Positions 35,997 through 48,462 of a stretch of DNA of 64,000 nucleotides are shown here, in pieces. The notes under the pieces were generated by a model. It did no database searches. It worked only from the letters and a program-made list of their open reading frames with translations, and had not been told where the DNA came from. The stretch spans positions 19,457 to 83,456 of the forward strand of contig MU626348.1 in NCBI GenBank assembly GCA_025603075.1, read 5' to 3'. The first letter of the stretch is position 1. The number at the start of each line of letters is the position of its first letter. This stretch comes from Neoconidiobolus thromboides FSU 785 (taxonomy: Eukaryota > Fungi > Entomophthoromycota). The position numbers and the translations under genes are program-made.

Positions 35997-37451
35997 TTAT
36001 GTAAAGTTGTCTTTATTTGATTTAATACATGTTTTTAGAGGCAACATAGTAGTATTGTTATCAATTTCATGATAATGATTAAACATTTCAGCATTGTAAT
36101 AGCCAGTATTAATATCTAATGGATTAGTTGGTTTAATAAGGATAGGTTCAATAATCATGCTTACTGGCCTTTCTTCCTTCATTTTGTATTTATATAAAAA
36201 TATTATAACTGCTGTTATTAGAATAATTCCGCTTATTCCACCTATAATTCCTCCTATTAATAACTTATTGTTATCTAAATTCTTATTATAATTAGTGTTG
36301 TTTTCTTCATTACTGCCATTAGTAATATTGATACTCTCTTCTTTTTCTTCGATTAATGGAAGTAAACCATCAGTAGTTTCCCAGGTTTTTGTATCTAATA
36401 TTAACATTTTATCTGTACTTTCACCAGTACCTGGAGTTATACTACCAAATTGATGACCAAATGAATTTATAATATAATTATTATAACTAGTAAAGCATCC
36501 CCAATGATTAAATGGGTTAATTTGTTTATTAATTTTTTTAAATGAAAATGTATTAAATTTAAACTCATAGACGTCTATTATTCTTTTGTTCATATCTTTT
36601 AATCCTATAAAATATATTAATTGGTTAACTTTTACAAACGTTGAATCAAAATACATTAAACTATTATTTAAATTATACGATTTCATATTATTTGATTTTA
36701 AATCTAATTCATATAAAATTTTATCAGCATATATCAATCCCCGGTGATCGTTTTTTGTTGTCATTTCAAAGTAGTATAGCTTATTATTTAAAACAAACTT
36801 TAACTCAAAATAAACTTTCTTGCTTGTTTTATATATTGTTTTTAATTCCTTTGTTTTAATATTAAATGAATTCAATTGAAGTGATGTGTCTTCTTTTGAG
36901 TTGTTGTATTGAAAGCTTCCAGATATATAAAATTGATTCAAATCTTTCTCATCTTGTAATACATAATATCTTTGAAAAGCACTACTTATGTTTATGTTTG
37001 ATACATTAACTTTTGAATACAGTTTATTAACAATATCATTTTTATACCATCTATTGGATTCAATATCAAAATAATTTGTAATTAGACCTAACCTATTAGG
37101 CTCATGATGAAAACTTACAATTGTCTTCTGTTTTTCCTCGTTTCCAATATAAAAGAAACTTGGATCTAATTGACTTTTCGGTGAATTGATTGTATTATTT
37201 CTTTCCCATGGTGCTACATTCACGACTAATTTAAATCCTTTTTTTAAATTTAATGTAAATACTTCATGATTTTCTTTTAAAAAGTAATCAGTTCTTGGTG
37301 AATAGGTATTTCCGCATAGATAGTATAGCTTATCTTCAATTATCGTACATCCACCATAATCAACCCTTGGCAATAAAGCATTTAATTTATAAAATAAGAA
37401 ATTAATTGAAATTAAGAGTAATAGCATTCTAAAATGTATAAAATATAACAT
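35997..37451 (-). CDS. Kelch/beta-propeller-like single-pass type I membrane protein
   Basis: Signal peptide (probable start MLLLLIS at ~37427), LLPR..GGC.IIEDKLYYLCG kelch-like blade, Asn-rich stalk, TM IGGIIGGISGIILITAVIIFLY, cytosolic tail. Paralog of 52201-53628. Confidence 0.8.
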   Translation of the reverse strand: MLYFIHFRMLLLLISINFLFYKLNALLPRVDYGGCTIIEDKLYYLCGNTYSPRTDYFLKENHEVFTLNLKKGFKLVVNVAPWERNNTINSPKSQLDPSFFYIGNEEKQKTIVSFHHEPNRLGLITNYFDIESNRWYKNDIVNKLYSKVNVSNINISSAFQRYYVLQDEKDLNQFYISGSFQYNNSKEDTSLQLNSFNIKTKELKTIYKTSKKVYFELKFVLNNKLYYFEMTTKNDHRGLIYADKILYELDLKSNNMKSYNLNNSLMYFDSTFVKVNQLIYFIGLKDMNKRIIDVYEFKFNTFSFKKINKQINPFNHWGCFTSYNNYIINSFGHQFGSITPGTGESTDKMLILDTKTWETTDGLLPLIEEKEESINITNGSNEENNTNYNKNLDNNKLLIGGIIGGISGIILITAVIIFLYKYKMKEERPVSMIIEPILIKPTNPLDINTGYYNAEMFNHYHEIDNNTTMLPLKTCIKSNKDNFT

Positions 37452-38199
37452 TGGTGCTTTTTATATCGTTGTCACCTGGGATCATTAAGTAGACCAATAA
37501 TGTTGTATTTACTTATTTAATATATTGTATACATTACTTATTCTTAATATTACTTAAATTATCAATTCCACTTTATTATTAAATTTTGTTAAAGTAACAA
37601 TTTTTAAAATTTTATGAAAATAATTACTTATCATGGCTAACACAGTTCTATATGAACAGAAATACTTATATCCTTGAGATAGCTATAACTATTGTTGATA
37701 CAAAGACTATAGTCATAACACCAATCAAATATTTGAAAGATTAGTTAGTTAGTAAAGAGAAATTTCAAGTCAAATAGTAGTTTATTGATTATATCAAATG
37801 CCTATTAAAATATGCTTTTATATAATTCTGAATTCATTTGATGCTTAGATTTAAACGTTGACCAAAGTACTGACCCTAAATCAGATATATAGGATATGTA
37901 CTCAACATTACCTTGTTATCCTAAGGACACTTAATTAAAAAATGATACCTAGTATAAAGCGTTGTTATAACGGATTCTAATAAAACCACAAGGTTTAGGT
38001 TATAATATCAGTAAAAAAAGCTGCTTATGAAAAAACAACTCATGTTTAATTTTGACTAGATTTTATATTAAAGCAGTGTAAGCAATTAAACACTTGGATT
38101 TATTTATAGTGTATGATAACAATAAAAAGTAAGTTGTATCTAAAAATTTAATTTTAACACAACTATCATCAATAATCAAATCTTTATTTTCAAGAATCA

Positions 38200-38244
38200 A
38201 TATAAATATAAATATAAATATAAATATAAATATAAATATAAATA
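38200..38244. repeat. (AATATA)n microsatellite
   Basis: About seven perfect hexamer units just 3' of the TF-like gene. Confidence 0.85.
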
Positions 38245-38266
38245 ATAAGATATAGTACTTGTGACC

Positions 38267-40213
38267 TTAACAAAGTATATTACTAAATGTGGTCTTGAGT
38301 TTTGAGGGCAATTGAAGAGAATTAATAGCTGATTTTACTTTATTTACAGTGAACTCTATATCCATCCTATCTTTATCTTTAGTAAGGCTCATCCCTAATT
38401 TATAAATTTGGAGCAATTCTATGATATTTATTTCAATTATATTGATAGCTTCATTGCCAATTAAACCTGAGGTAGGGATAGACGGAGAAGAAAGTATTTG
38501 TAATAAAGCATAAAACGAAAACAGTGGATACCTAAATTCCAAATTATACATTATTATTAAACAATCATAGGTATTATAATTAATAACATGATGAGGTTGA
38601 CTTTCGATATAGTCAGAAATTATCTTATATGTTTTTTCGTTTTGCAAGTTATCTATGTTCATTTTCTTAAATATATCCTTAAAATAAACAAAAGCTAAAG
38701 CCCTATATATAAATAATGTCCTTAATGAAGTCTCTAATAAAGTTGGTATATATGTTAATGGAATATCTAGTTGAATTGGTGTTTTATACATAGTTGGATA
38801 TATTAAAAATAATTGGTGAAAATAAATTGATAGGCTTTTTCTAATTTCATGAACTGTTTTGAATATACATGAATAATTACTAGAAAAGAGACATAAATAA
38901 TTATCTATATTTATAGGCTCATTCCTATTTGTAATAATATTATTTAATGATTTAATTGAGCTCTTATAATATTTGTTAATATAATTTTGAACAAGATTAA
39001 ATTTATCAAATGGCAAAATGAGTTTTGAATATGGTATATCATTTATATTCTTAACTCCTTTGAGATTTTTCTCACGATGATCAAATATTAATGCATGTAC
39101 TATAATCATTTGATTCTTATATAAACCGAGGGCTTTTTTACAACCATTTTTTTCATGATTAGTTTCTTTAAGTTGTCTCGCAGTTAAATGATAAATAAAT
39201 TCAAATCCAGAAAGATCAAATTCTTTAATAAGTGGAAAATCACCATAAAACTCTTCACTAACTTTAGCTGAAAGTGCAATCCATGCCCATAATTTTTTCA
39301 AATCAACTAGGTATTTGATTTCCTTTTCACTTTTATTATATATTTCGTGATTAATTGAGTCTAGTTTATCGATCCCTAATATATATGACATCCTTACAAG
39401 TGAGCCTAAAATTTGATAAGATAGTTGATAATTGCTTTGAACCAGAAAAATATCGTATAGTACACCTAATGCCTTAAGGCTCTCAAAACTAGAATTATAG
39501 CAAGATTGAGAAATCAGAGGAAGTACACTATTTAAACAATTATGATAAATCTCACCAAAATTGTTTCCTGGTAAGATTGTGTACTCAAAGCTCAATGATG
39601 TTATTATTGCTCTTGACATAAATCCTGGCTTTATTTGCTTTATGTACGAGACCAATTCTTTAGGCTCAAAATAAAAACCTGTTCCATAAACAAAGCAATC
39701 ATGGTAATGTATACTAGTTTCTAAAAATGATCCATAGTCAAATGAATTTGGGGAATTTCCCACATGTTCAGTCCCTCTTCCAGCTCGGTTCCTTAAAGCT
39801 ATATAATTAGAAGATGAAGAAAATTGATCACTTAAAGTTTCCTCAATTAAATAAAGTTTTCTTTTTAATGTTATCCCCTGATCACTCAAGTAGCTATCAT
39901 CCTTCATATCATCTATGTTTTTATGTTTAAGCGTTTCTAGTACCCATTTCAAATATACCTTTAGTTCCAAAGCTGCATTTTGACTATAAAAAAGAGATTG
40001 TGGATACGAAAGAGGAAAATCATCATCACTAAATGAATCCAAAGTTTCAATCAATTTAAATATTCTACATAGCTGAGTCCCAAGCTCCTTTATTCCATTT
40101 TTCAAATCTTCCTCTCTTTGTTTTTGTTGAATTCTATCCTTCTGTCTCTTTTTACTTTTTACGATCTTGTTATTTACAAATGAACAGTTGATTACTCTAA
40201 ATTCTTTTAACAT
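38267..40213 (-). CDS. Fungal transcription-factor middle-homology-region (MHR)-like protein lacking a Zn2Cys6 cluster
   Basis: SFESLKALGVLY...SYQILGSLVRMSYILGID...LKKLWAWI matches the Fungal_trans pattern. The N-terminus is basic/coiled-coil with no six-Cys motif. Intronless, 648 aa. Confidence 0.65.
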   Translation of the reverse strand: MLKEFRVINCSFVNNKIVKSKKRQKDRIQQKQREEDLKNGIKELGTQLCRIFKLIETLDSFSDDDFPLSYPQSLFYSQNAALELKVYLKWVLETLKHKNIDDMKDDSYLSDQGITLKRKLYLIEETLSDQFSSSSNYIALRNRAGRGTEHVGNSPNSFDYGSFLETSIHYHDCFVYGTGFYFEPKELVSYIKQIKPGFMSRAIITSLSFEYTILPGNNFGEIYHNCLNSVLPLISQSCYNSSFESLKALGVLYDIFLVQSNYQLSYQILGSLVRMSYILGIDKLDSINHEIYNKSEKEIKYLVDLKKLWAWIALSAKVSEEFYGDFPLIKEFDLSGFEFIYHLTARQLKETNHEKNGCKKALGLYKNQMIIVHALIFDHREKNLKGVKNINDIPYSKLILPFDKFNLVQNYINKYYKSSIKSLNNIITNRNEPINIDNYLCLFSSNYSCIFKTVHEIRKSLSIYFHQLFLIYPTMYKTPIQLDIPLTYIPTLLETSLRTLFIYRALAFVYFKDIFKKMNIDNLQNEKTYKIISDYIESQPHHVINYNTYDCLIIMYNLEFRYPLFSFYALLQILSSPSIPTSGLIGNEAINIIEINIIELLQIYKLGMSLTKDKDRMDIEFTVNKVKSAINSLQLPSKLKTTFSNILC

Positions 40214-40389
40214 TGTTGGTAATCTAATTTAACTCTTAAGTACTATTGGGGTATTAATTTACTCTAAATATTTTCAAAAAGGCTTTAATAACTGATTTGA
40301 TATCAACAATATCAAAAGATTATATTTGTTACAATTGCCTTGTATCAAATTTATTATATATTCTTATTGGTTGGTAAATTTTAAAAAAT

Positions 40390-40486
40390 GGTGATGTATT
40401 TTGTATTTAAGGATTTTACTAACAAATGTTCTACTCAAATAGCGTTTAAAAGATGAAAAAAGTAATGAAGCCAAAAAAACATCTCC
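40390..40486 (+). mobile_element. MITE copy 21
   Basis: Non-palindromic TSD AAAT/AAAT; upstream of the TF-like gene. Confidence 0.9.
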
Positions 40487-41113
40487 AAATAGTTTTACCA
40501 AACATTTGTTCAGATTGTTCCTAAAAGCTGATTTAATAAATCAGCTACTGACAATTTCTTGACTACTCAATTGTATGTCTTAAAGCAAACCTCAAATAAA
40601 AAACTGTAAAAAAAGTTTTTTTGAATAAGACACTAGAGATAATAAACTAAGTCGCTGATTTTCAGGCTCTTCCAAACTCATAGCCTAAGATGCCATTGGA
40701 TTAATCAATCATCTAAGGTTTTTATATTTTTATTTGATTTGCAAGATGTTTGGATTCTTCAATGGCAAAAATGATACGTATTTATTTAATAAAAACAATT
40801 GATATTCATATAAGGCTATGGATATACCATTGCTCTTATTTAATTCTATCCGTTGTTACTCTTTGACTTAAACAAACTTTAGTGCTTTTAAGTACTATGT
40901 TTCTATATAATAACAGTACATCAATATGTCAATATTTTATCTTACGAACATAATTATAGTTATGTGACTATAAAGAATATCTAACATTCACAATAAATTG
41001 ACAGAATGGATAAATAATTTTAAAAGTATGATACGTTATAATGCTTCTATAACTCTAATTACTTTAATTCTCAGTGAGATAAGATACAAAGTACCAAAAT
41101 CAGATCATGATTT

Positions 41114-41212
41114 GGGGATGTATTTTTGTATTTAAGAATTTTACTAACAAACTTTCCACTTAAATAGCACTTAAAAAATGGAAAAAATAATGAAGTAAAA
41201 AAAAACACTCCC
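41114..41212 (+). mobile_element. MITE copy 22
   Basis: Non-palindromic TSD ATTT/ATTT; near-consensus. Confidence 0.95.
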
Positions 41213-41264
41213 ATTTGATAACTATAACATTTAGTATTCAAATTTATAAAATTTTATTTAAAAT

Positions 41265-42455
41265 TCAAGTAGCTCCATTAAATGCAATACGGTTTGGAGT
41301 TTGGTTTCCAGGGTTAGTGACCAAGCCTGTAGTTGCCAAAGTCAAGATTTTTTTGGTTACAGTGTCTGGATTTAAAGATTCATTTGAATAAAAGTAAGCA
41401 GCAAGCCCAGCAACATGTGGGGAAGCAAAAGCGGAGCCAGTTAAAGTTTTTAATCCACCATCATTCCATGTAGAAATAACGTTTTGTCAAGGGGCATATA
41501 AGTCGACACAAGTACCATAGTTAGATGAAAGGGACCCAGAGTCATTCATATTCAAAGCTGCAACGTTGATGGCTTCTGGAGTAGACCCAGGCGAAAAATT
41601 GCATGCATCGCTATTACTATTTCCAACCGCAGTTACTATACTAACGCCATTCAGATGTGCTGATTTTACAGCGCTATTTAAAGCCTGTGATAAACTACCA
41701 CCGATTGAAAGATTGATAACGTTTCCTCTTTTCCCTCTTTTATCTTTTACCACCCAATTAATACCAGCTATTACATTTGATGTAGCGCCTGCACCTGTGG
41801 AATCTAAAACTTTCACAGCTATAAGTTGCGCCTTTTTAGCTACACCATAAGTTTTAGCTCCAACAATACCAGCAACAAAGGTGCCTTGTCCATGGTTATC
41901 ATTGTTGCTTGGGTCTGATGAAAATTTGGCACCAAAGATAGCACGGCCTTCAAATTCTGGATGAGAAGTGTATATCCCTGTGTCAGCAATATAAACTGAA
42001 ACTCCAGAACCATCCCCGAAATAAGTGTAATCATCAGTTAACAAAACTTTTTGCGAAATTCTTGCTAAATTCCAAGGAGCATGTGGTTGAATTGAACTAA
42101 TACTCATAGTGTCAGTTTTTTCATTAGATTTGACTTTTACAATACTATCGTTTTCAACATAAGAAACTTCTGGTAAGGAACGAACTTGAGCAACCACTTC
42201 ATTAGAAAGCTGTGCTGAATAGAAATTGCCCAAAGAGTTATATATATAGTTGATTTTATTCTGTCCAGAACGATTTTTGAATAATGAACGGACACTATTT
42301 AAATGAGAATCAAGAGTAATACGATTACTATCCTTAAGCTTAATGATATAACTTCCTTCAATTATTCCATTCTCAGAAGCTATCAATGAATCAAAAGCTG
42401 AAACAGAAGATAGGAGGAGGAAGTTTGAAATATGAACAGAGATAAAAAATTTCAT
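41265..42455 (-). pseudogene. Proteinase K-like subtilase (S8A with I9 prodomain) with substituted catalytic His and Ser and an in-frame TGA
   Basis: Signal, I9 prodomain, APWNLARIS, IADTGI (Asp intact), DNHGQGTFVAG (His to Gln), AVGN, DLYAP-TGA(41487-41489)-QNVISTW, LTGSAFASPHVAG (Ser to Ala). The frame continues to NGAT* at 41265. Confidence 0.85.
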
Positions 42456-44898
42456 TTTAATATACTTAAACTTTTTTTTTGCATATTGCTCGTATTTATA
42501 GTTTGTTTATATGATGACGCTCATGGCCTGTAAATGTTGTAATTCAAGATGTCAACCATAAACCATTTATGCGAAAAAGCGTTATTTTTTATGTTGTGTT
42601 ATCATTATTTAATATTACTTGTCTCTCAGATCAGCAGGAAATGTAAAACATTTTTATATATAATTAGCAAGCAAACTTCTATTATTAGCAAATCTAATAA
42701 TTAGACCGCTATTTCAGATCCTTCTTAACCCGGCTGTATATTCATTTTTGGATTTTTACATTAAGTCACACGGTAAATCAATTTCTAGATACTTTAGTTT
42801 CTGTAAGAATTCTCTACATCCAATGAATATTCTGAGTGCAGCTATATACCAAACATAAACAACTTACACAATAAACCATTAATTTTAATCTAATATTGCC
42901 TGTCTCAGAAATCAGTAGGAAATACAGTGTTCTTCATTCCATTCAGCAAGAAAAGTTTCAGCAAAAGTATTAAATGTGTAGCTACTTTTTCGGGGGTTTA
43001 GGTTTAAAATAACTATTGAATATTTTTAGGAGGAAGTTTGTACAGAATTAAACATATAGCAAGGATTTCAATGCAAAATATTCAACCAGTTTGAAAAAGA
43101 TTTTAAGCTTATTATTAGTGGGTAATAAAAGAGTAATCCTCATTCAGTTAACTTCTAAATCCAAAATAATATGGAAATAAAAATCAAACACATAACTATC
43201 AAAAAAAGGAAAACCGAACTCCTAAGACTAAGAAACTAAGGACTAAATCTACAAAGAGATCATCTTAATCCATAATTGAATCTACGCTTAAAAGTCCATG
43301 TAAAAAAATCTCGATAATGAGTTGTATTTCTACAGCCTATTAACAAATCAACTAATTTAATAAATAAATCAATATATTTCATTAATATTTCCGAGGAATT
43401 TCCATAGAGCTTTAAAATTTGAAAAGACTGAATCTTTCTTTAGTGCTTAAACTCCGTAGTATTTCTTTTTATTACCCAGAGTTTTATTAATATCTGGGTA
43501 TTGCTTTTTATTCAAAATTTTTGCCTTATTTTTCTTGTGGGACATTATATTTTACCTATTATTAAATTCAAATCATAAATTCAGGAGCGAATTTGAAAAA
43601 TAATTTCGTTCCCAGCCAATTAACATGGACTAAAGTAATCCAGCTTAAAATAATTGGATAGATCATAGATTAAGTGTCTATTTTATTGATCAGCCTACAA
43701 AATAAAAGTAAAAATTAAGCTAATTTTAATTTAAAAATTGATCATCCAAATAAACTTTAATAATAAGAATTTAAGCCACATTCACTATTTTATTAAAACT
43801 TATCGAAATATTATTACAATTTCTTTTTTTATTTTATTCACTTATGTCTAATAAAGAAGCTACCTTTTTACCTTTACAACAGAGAGTTGTTGTCTTAATT
43901 AAAGTAACCAATTTCTATTACTATTTTATTATTTTTTGTTAACAACTATTAAAATAGAAACTCGATGGTCTTTGGTTTTTATTAAATATAACGGGGCTCA
44001 CATTTAGCTTAATATATACGCTATTGCCAATATTATTTGACAAAGACAAATTATTATTAATATATAAGTCTATCTTTTTAATATCTTTATTATCGGATAG
44101 TTTGATATTCCTTAAATATTTTGGTGTAAGTACTATCATTTTATTTATTACTTATAACTTACTCTGTTTATAGTTAAAAGGTTTTAAGTTTGGCTTCAAA
44201 CCTTTACTATCTTTACTTAACTGGGAGCCTTTTTGTTACTTAGTCTATTCAGCTATATTTTTAAATTTAAGTTTTACCTATGGTAATACAGCTTTATGAT
44301 ATAATAATGACACTTATTAAATTAATTAGGATCAACATTACCAATTAGTATAAGATATTTGAAAAATAGCATAAACTTTATAAGAAAAGATATATTAATA
44401 TTAATTGAGCCAGCAATACAAAAGGAATTAATAAGATATAAATTAAATCCTGATCAAAAATTAGATATAAAATTATCTAACATTTATTTGAAGCTACAAT
44501 CTATTATTTTAACTTTGACCCCAATTTTATTAAAGTTAAACATATTAATTGAGCTATTCTTGTTGCCTCTTAGTGTATTGTTTTCTAGTTTGTAAGTATT
44601 TATAATTCATATTAATAATATAATTGACAATTCGTATTTCTTAGATTAAGTTTCAAATTATTACCTATCTTATTTTATGGCTTATTTTTAAAATTACGTA
44701 TATCCAACTGTAAAGCATTTAAATCTTTATTATTCAATTTATTAGCTATTAATTTTCCAATGTTAAAATCATTAGTTCAATAAGAATATAACAATTTTAA
44801 TAACTATTATGGCTGGCCAAGGAATCTACCTATTTAAATAAATAAATATTATAATAATTGTATGTAAAATTGACTTGAGCTTACTATATTATAATTTA

Positions 44899-45873
44899 TT
44901 AACAAGATTCAGTCCAATTTAATATCTCCCTTAATTGATTATAATTTACACTATTTTTTCCATCTTTAGTTTTAGGTAATGAGCCTAAAGACAGCGACAA
45001 AAAGTCGACTGAGTTTGTATTTAAATCTGTAAACTCAAATTTTTTATTTTCATAACCCAGAAATACGTTGCTTTGCTCTTCATTTTCCTCTCCTAAACTT
45101 TCCATTAAGCTTGAGCTTTTACTTTCTCTTTGTTTGTCTCTGTAAAGTTAAAAATCATTAGTATGAATAAATACTGAGTGACCATAATGGCTAAATTACA
45201 TTTCACTTTCTAATAATGACTTTAATCTTGGTATCGAAATAGAAGTAGCTAAATCTGATTTATTAGCAATAATCAAAATCGGTAACGAATTTTCAATAAC
45301 AAAAGGCTGAGATAAAATATCATAAAGGGCTCTAAAAGAAAATATAAACGTCATCATTAGAATTATATTAAATAAATATTACTCTGAAACTTTTATAATA
45401 TTTCTAGTAGCAGAGAACGCATCTATCATGAATACTATTCCTTTAATACTGTTTTCGTATTTGTTAATCAATTGTGCTCTTAATTTATCATGCCCTGGTA
45501 CATCTATTATTTTCATCATCTTTTCTGTCAGCGGTTCTCCCTCTTCATCAACTGGCCTTACTAATGCTTCATTGCTTTTTAATGAAGTATGCGTTGGAAG
45601 CATTAAGCCTGTTCTTAACTAGGATATTATAAATACTATATATATTAAATGACATCAATACTTACTAAAGTAAATAAGGTGGTCTTTCCACTATTTGATA
45701 AACCAGTTAAAATAAATGCATCTCTTTCATTTAATAATTTGTTATTAAATTTTAAATAGACTATTAACCAAAATTTAGTCTTATTGATAATAATTAAATC
45801 TAAACAAATTACCAAGGACTCCTACAACTAGTAGCACTATTATCGCTATACTTAATAATAAAACCGTCTTCAT
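44899..45873 (-). CDS. SRP102: Signal recognition particle receptor beta subunit, multi-exon
   Basis: N-terminal TM (MKTVLLLSIAIIVLLVVGVL), P-loop LTGLSNSGKTTLF, THTS, IIDVPGHDKLR, IVFMIDA, ILIIANKSDL, FLGYENKKFEF. Confidence 0.9.
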
Positions 45874-46481
45874 TTTTAGTAAACTAAAAGAAATAAAATT
45901 TTACAAACTTCATTTTGTATTTTAAGTTGCCAATAATTAACTCGATAAATTACGTAACAAATAGCGATTGGCTGGATACTAAAAAAGCACCAAAATTTAA
46001 ATAGTTATTAATATGGGTGTTATTAATGCAATAATAATGTTATGATAATGCTATAATGATACTACAACAGCATACTTTGGTATGTTAAAACAATTTTTTA
46101 TTCATTTTATTTTATTCTAGTGATATATTTTTTACACTTTTCTCACACTTTTAAAATACCGGTTTTTGAACAATGTTCTTTTTTCAAGGGGAAAAAGTGG
46201 CATTTTAAAGCCAAAACAAATGCCAATAAAGAAGAAGATAAGGAATAATAAACCAATTAAAATCTAGTTTCAATTAACAATCATTAATTAAAAAAAGTAT
46301 AAGTTAGACAAGTTCATTTTTTATTAAATAATATAAATCTCAATTAAAGGAGCATCTATATATTATTATATATAATTGTTATCTTAATAGCTAAACAGTT
46401 ATCTCTAATCTTATTATTTAATAATTGTCATTTCTCCTATCTACATATTGCCTTTGATTTTGTTTAAAAATATAAATTAGG

Positions 46482-48304
46482 ATGTTAGCAAGTAAGTTTA
46501 ATTTTATGATTTGCTATAATAAAATAACGATTGTTGTTAGCACCTGAGCGTAGTGGTACTGTAACCATGACTAATGGTTTCGGAAATGTAAATAAAGTTA
46601 TTTTTTTGAAACATGAATTAAATTTACTTTAATAGAATAATTATCGTACTAAAAAATTAGGAGGATATGTTGGATTTGGTAATTTACCAAATCAGGTACA
46701 TCGCAAAGCAGTTAAAAAAGGATTTTATTTTACTATGATGGTTGTTGGTAAGACTATCTAAATCATTAATAAGGATAAAATTTAATTAATTCAGGTGAGT
46801 CTGGACTTGGAAAATCAACACTTATCAATACCTTATTTAATACTCGACTTTATCCCGAAAAAACTGATGTTAATCCAACTAGTTACACTCCAAAAACAGT
46901 AGAATTACAAACTATAAGTGCAGGTATTATTTAATGTAGCATATTCGCCAATTTGTATTAACAATAATTTTAAATAGATATCGAAGAGAATGGAGTAAAA
47001 TTGAATTTAACTGTCATTGATACTCCTGGATTTGGTGATTTTGTTAATAATGAAGATAGGTAAGTGATCTTTTAAGGGCAATTTATAAATGATGTTAAAT
47101 TATCTTAGTTGGAGACCAATCCTTGACAACATCGAACAAAGATATAGTGCTTATCTTGACCAAGAATCTCGAGTTAACAGGTCTCAAATTCTAGATAACC
47201 GAGTTCATGCTTGTTTGTATTTTATTGCACCTACTGGTCATGCGTCAGTTTTTATTATAATTTATATAAGTTGTAACTTAATTTTTTTTAGTTTAAAGCC
47301 ATTAGATATTGAATTCATGAAAAGATTACACACTAAAGTGAATTTAATACCTATTATTGCTAAATCAGACACTCTTACTGAAGAAGAAGTTGTTTCATTT
47401 AAAGAGCGTATACTTAATGATATCAACTACCATAATATTCAAATATTTAAGCCCTCCATTTATGAAAACGATGATCCAGATTCAGTAGCTGAACTTAGTG
47501 AAATTACTGTAATGATATATTTATTTTATATTTTTATAACTCACATATTCATTTAGGGTAAAATTCCATTTGCTGTAGTTGGTGGTACTGAAGAATATCC
47601 AGTTAACGGTAAATTAGTAAGAGGACGTAAATATCCATGGGGTGTCATTGAAGGTAATATAGTTTACAAAAATAGGTGGAATAGATCTAATTAAATAATT
47701 TAGTTGATAACGAAGAGCATAATGATTTTGTTAAGCTTCGACAAATGTTAATAAGGTAATTAATAAGAAATAAAAATAAATATCGATTAAACTTTCTTTT
47801 AATAGAACCAACCTTGAAGACTTAAAAGATCACACTGACACTCAGCTTTATGAAAAATTCAGATCTGCCAAATTACTTTCTCAAGGCCATGTTCAAGACA
47901 ATTCTGTATTCAAAGAAGTCAAGTAAGATAAACTGACGATACGATTTGACATCATTAACCTATTAATAACTTTATAGCCCAGTAACTAAGATGGAAGAAG
48001 AAAGACAACTCCATGAAGCCAAAATGCAAAAGATGGAAGCCGAAATGAAGATGGTATTCCAACAAAAAGTACAAGAAAAAGAGCAGAAACTTAAAAATTC
48101 CGAAGATGAAGTAAGTTTTACTAATCCTATATATTACAATCATCAACTTAAGTATTTTAGTTATATGCTCGTCATAAAGATCTAAAGGAAGCCTTAGAGA
48201 AACAGCGTATGGAGTTAGAAGAGAAAAAGAAACGCCTTGAGGCTGGGCTTAGACCTATCACACCTGATAAGAGTAAAAAGAAAGGTTTTGCTTTCAAACA
48301 ATAA
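46482..48304 (+). CDS. CDC3: Septin, Cdc3/AspB group, multi-exon
   Basis: [67 protein letters not shown], coiled-coil [18 protein letters not shown]...KKKGFAFKQ. The first micro-exon start is inferred. Confidence 0.93.
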
Positions 48305-48462
48305 ATTTCTATAATTTGTTATTATCAATTTTATTAATTTGTTGTTTATTTTATTTAAACTATTTATGTCAAACTATTTCACAGTGCTAATATTCATTTT
48401 CAGCAAAGATTACATAATGAATTGGATACATATAAATTGAATTTTTTTATTAAAGGCAAAAA

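Noticed and set aside
38200-38244. (AATATA)n tract as a functional element
   Set aside because: Ordinary microsatellite in an AT-rich genome.
41487-41489. TGA recoding (Gly/Trp/Sec) as an alternative genetic code
   Set aside because: TGA ends 52201-53628 at the same position as TAA in its paralog, and Trp is TGG in conserved genes. The subtilase TGA is best read as nonsense or error; local read-through is not excluded.
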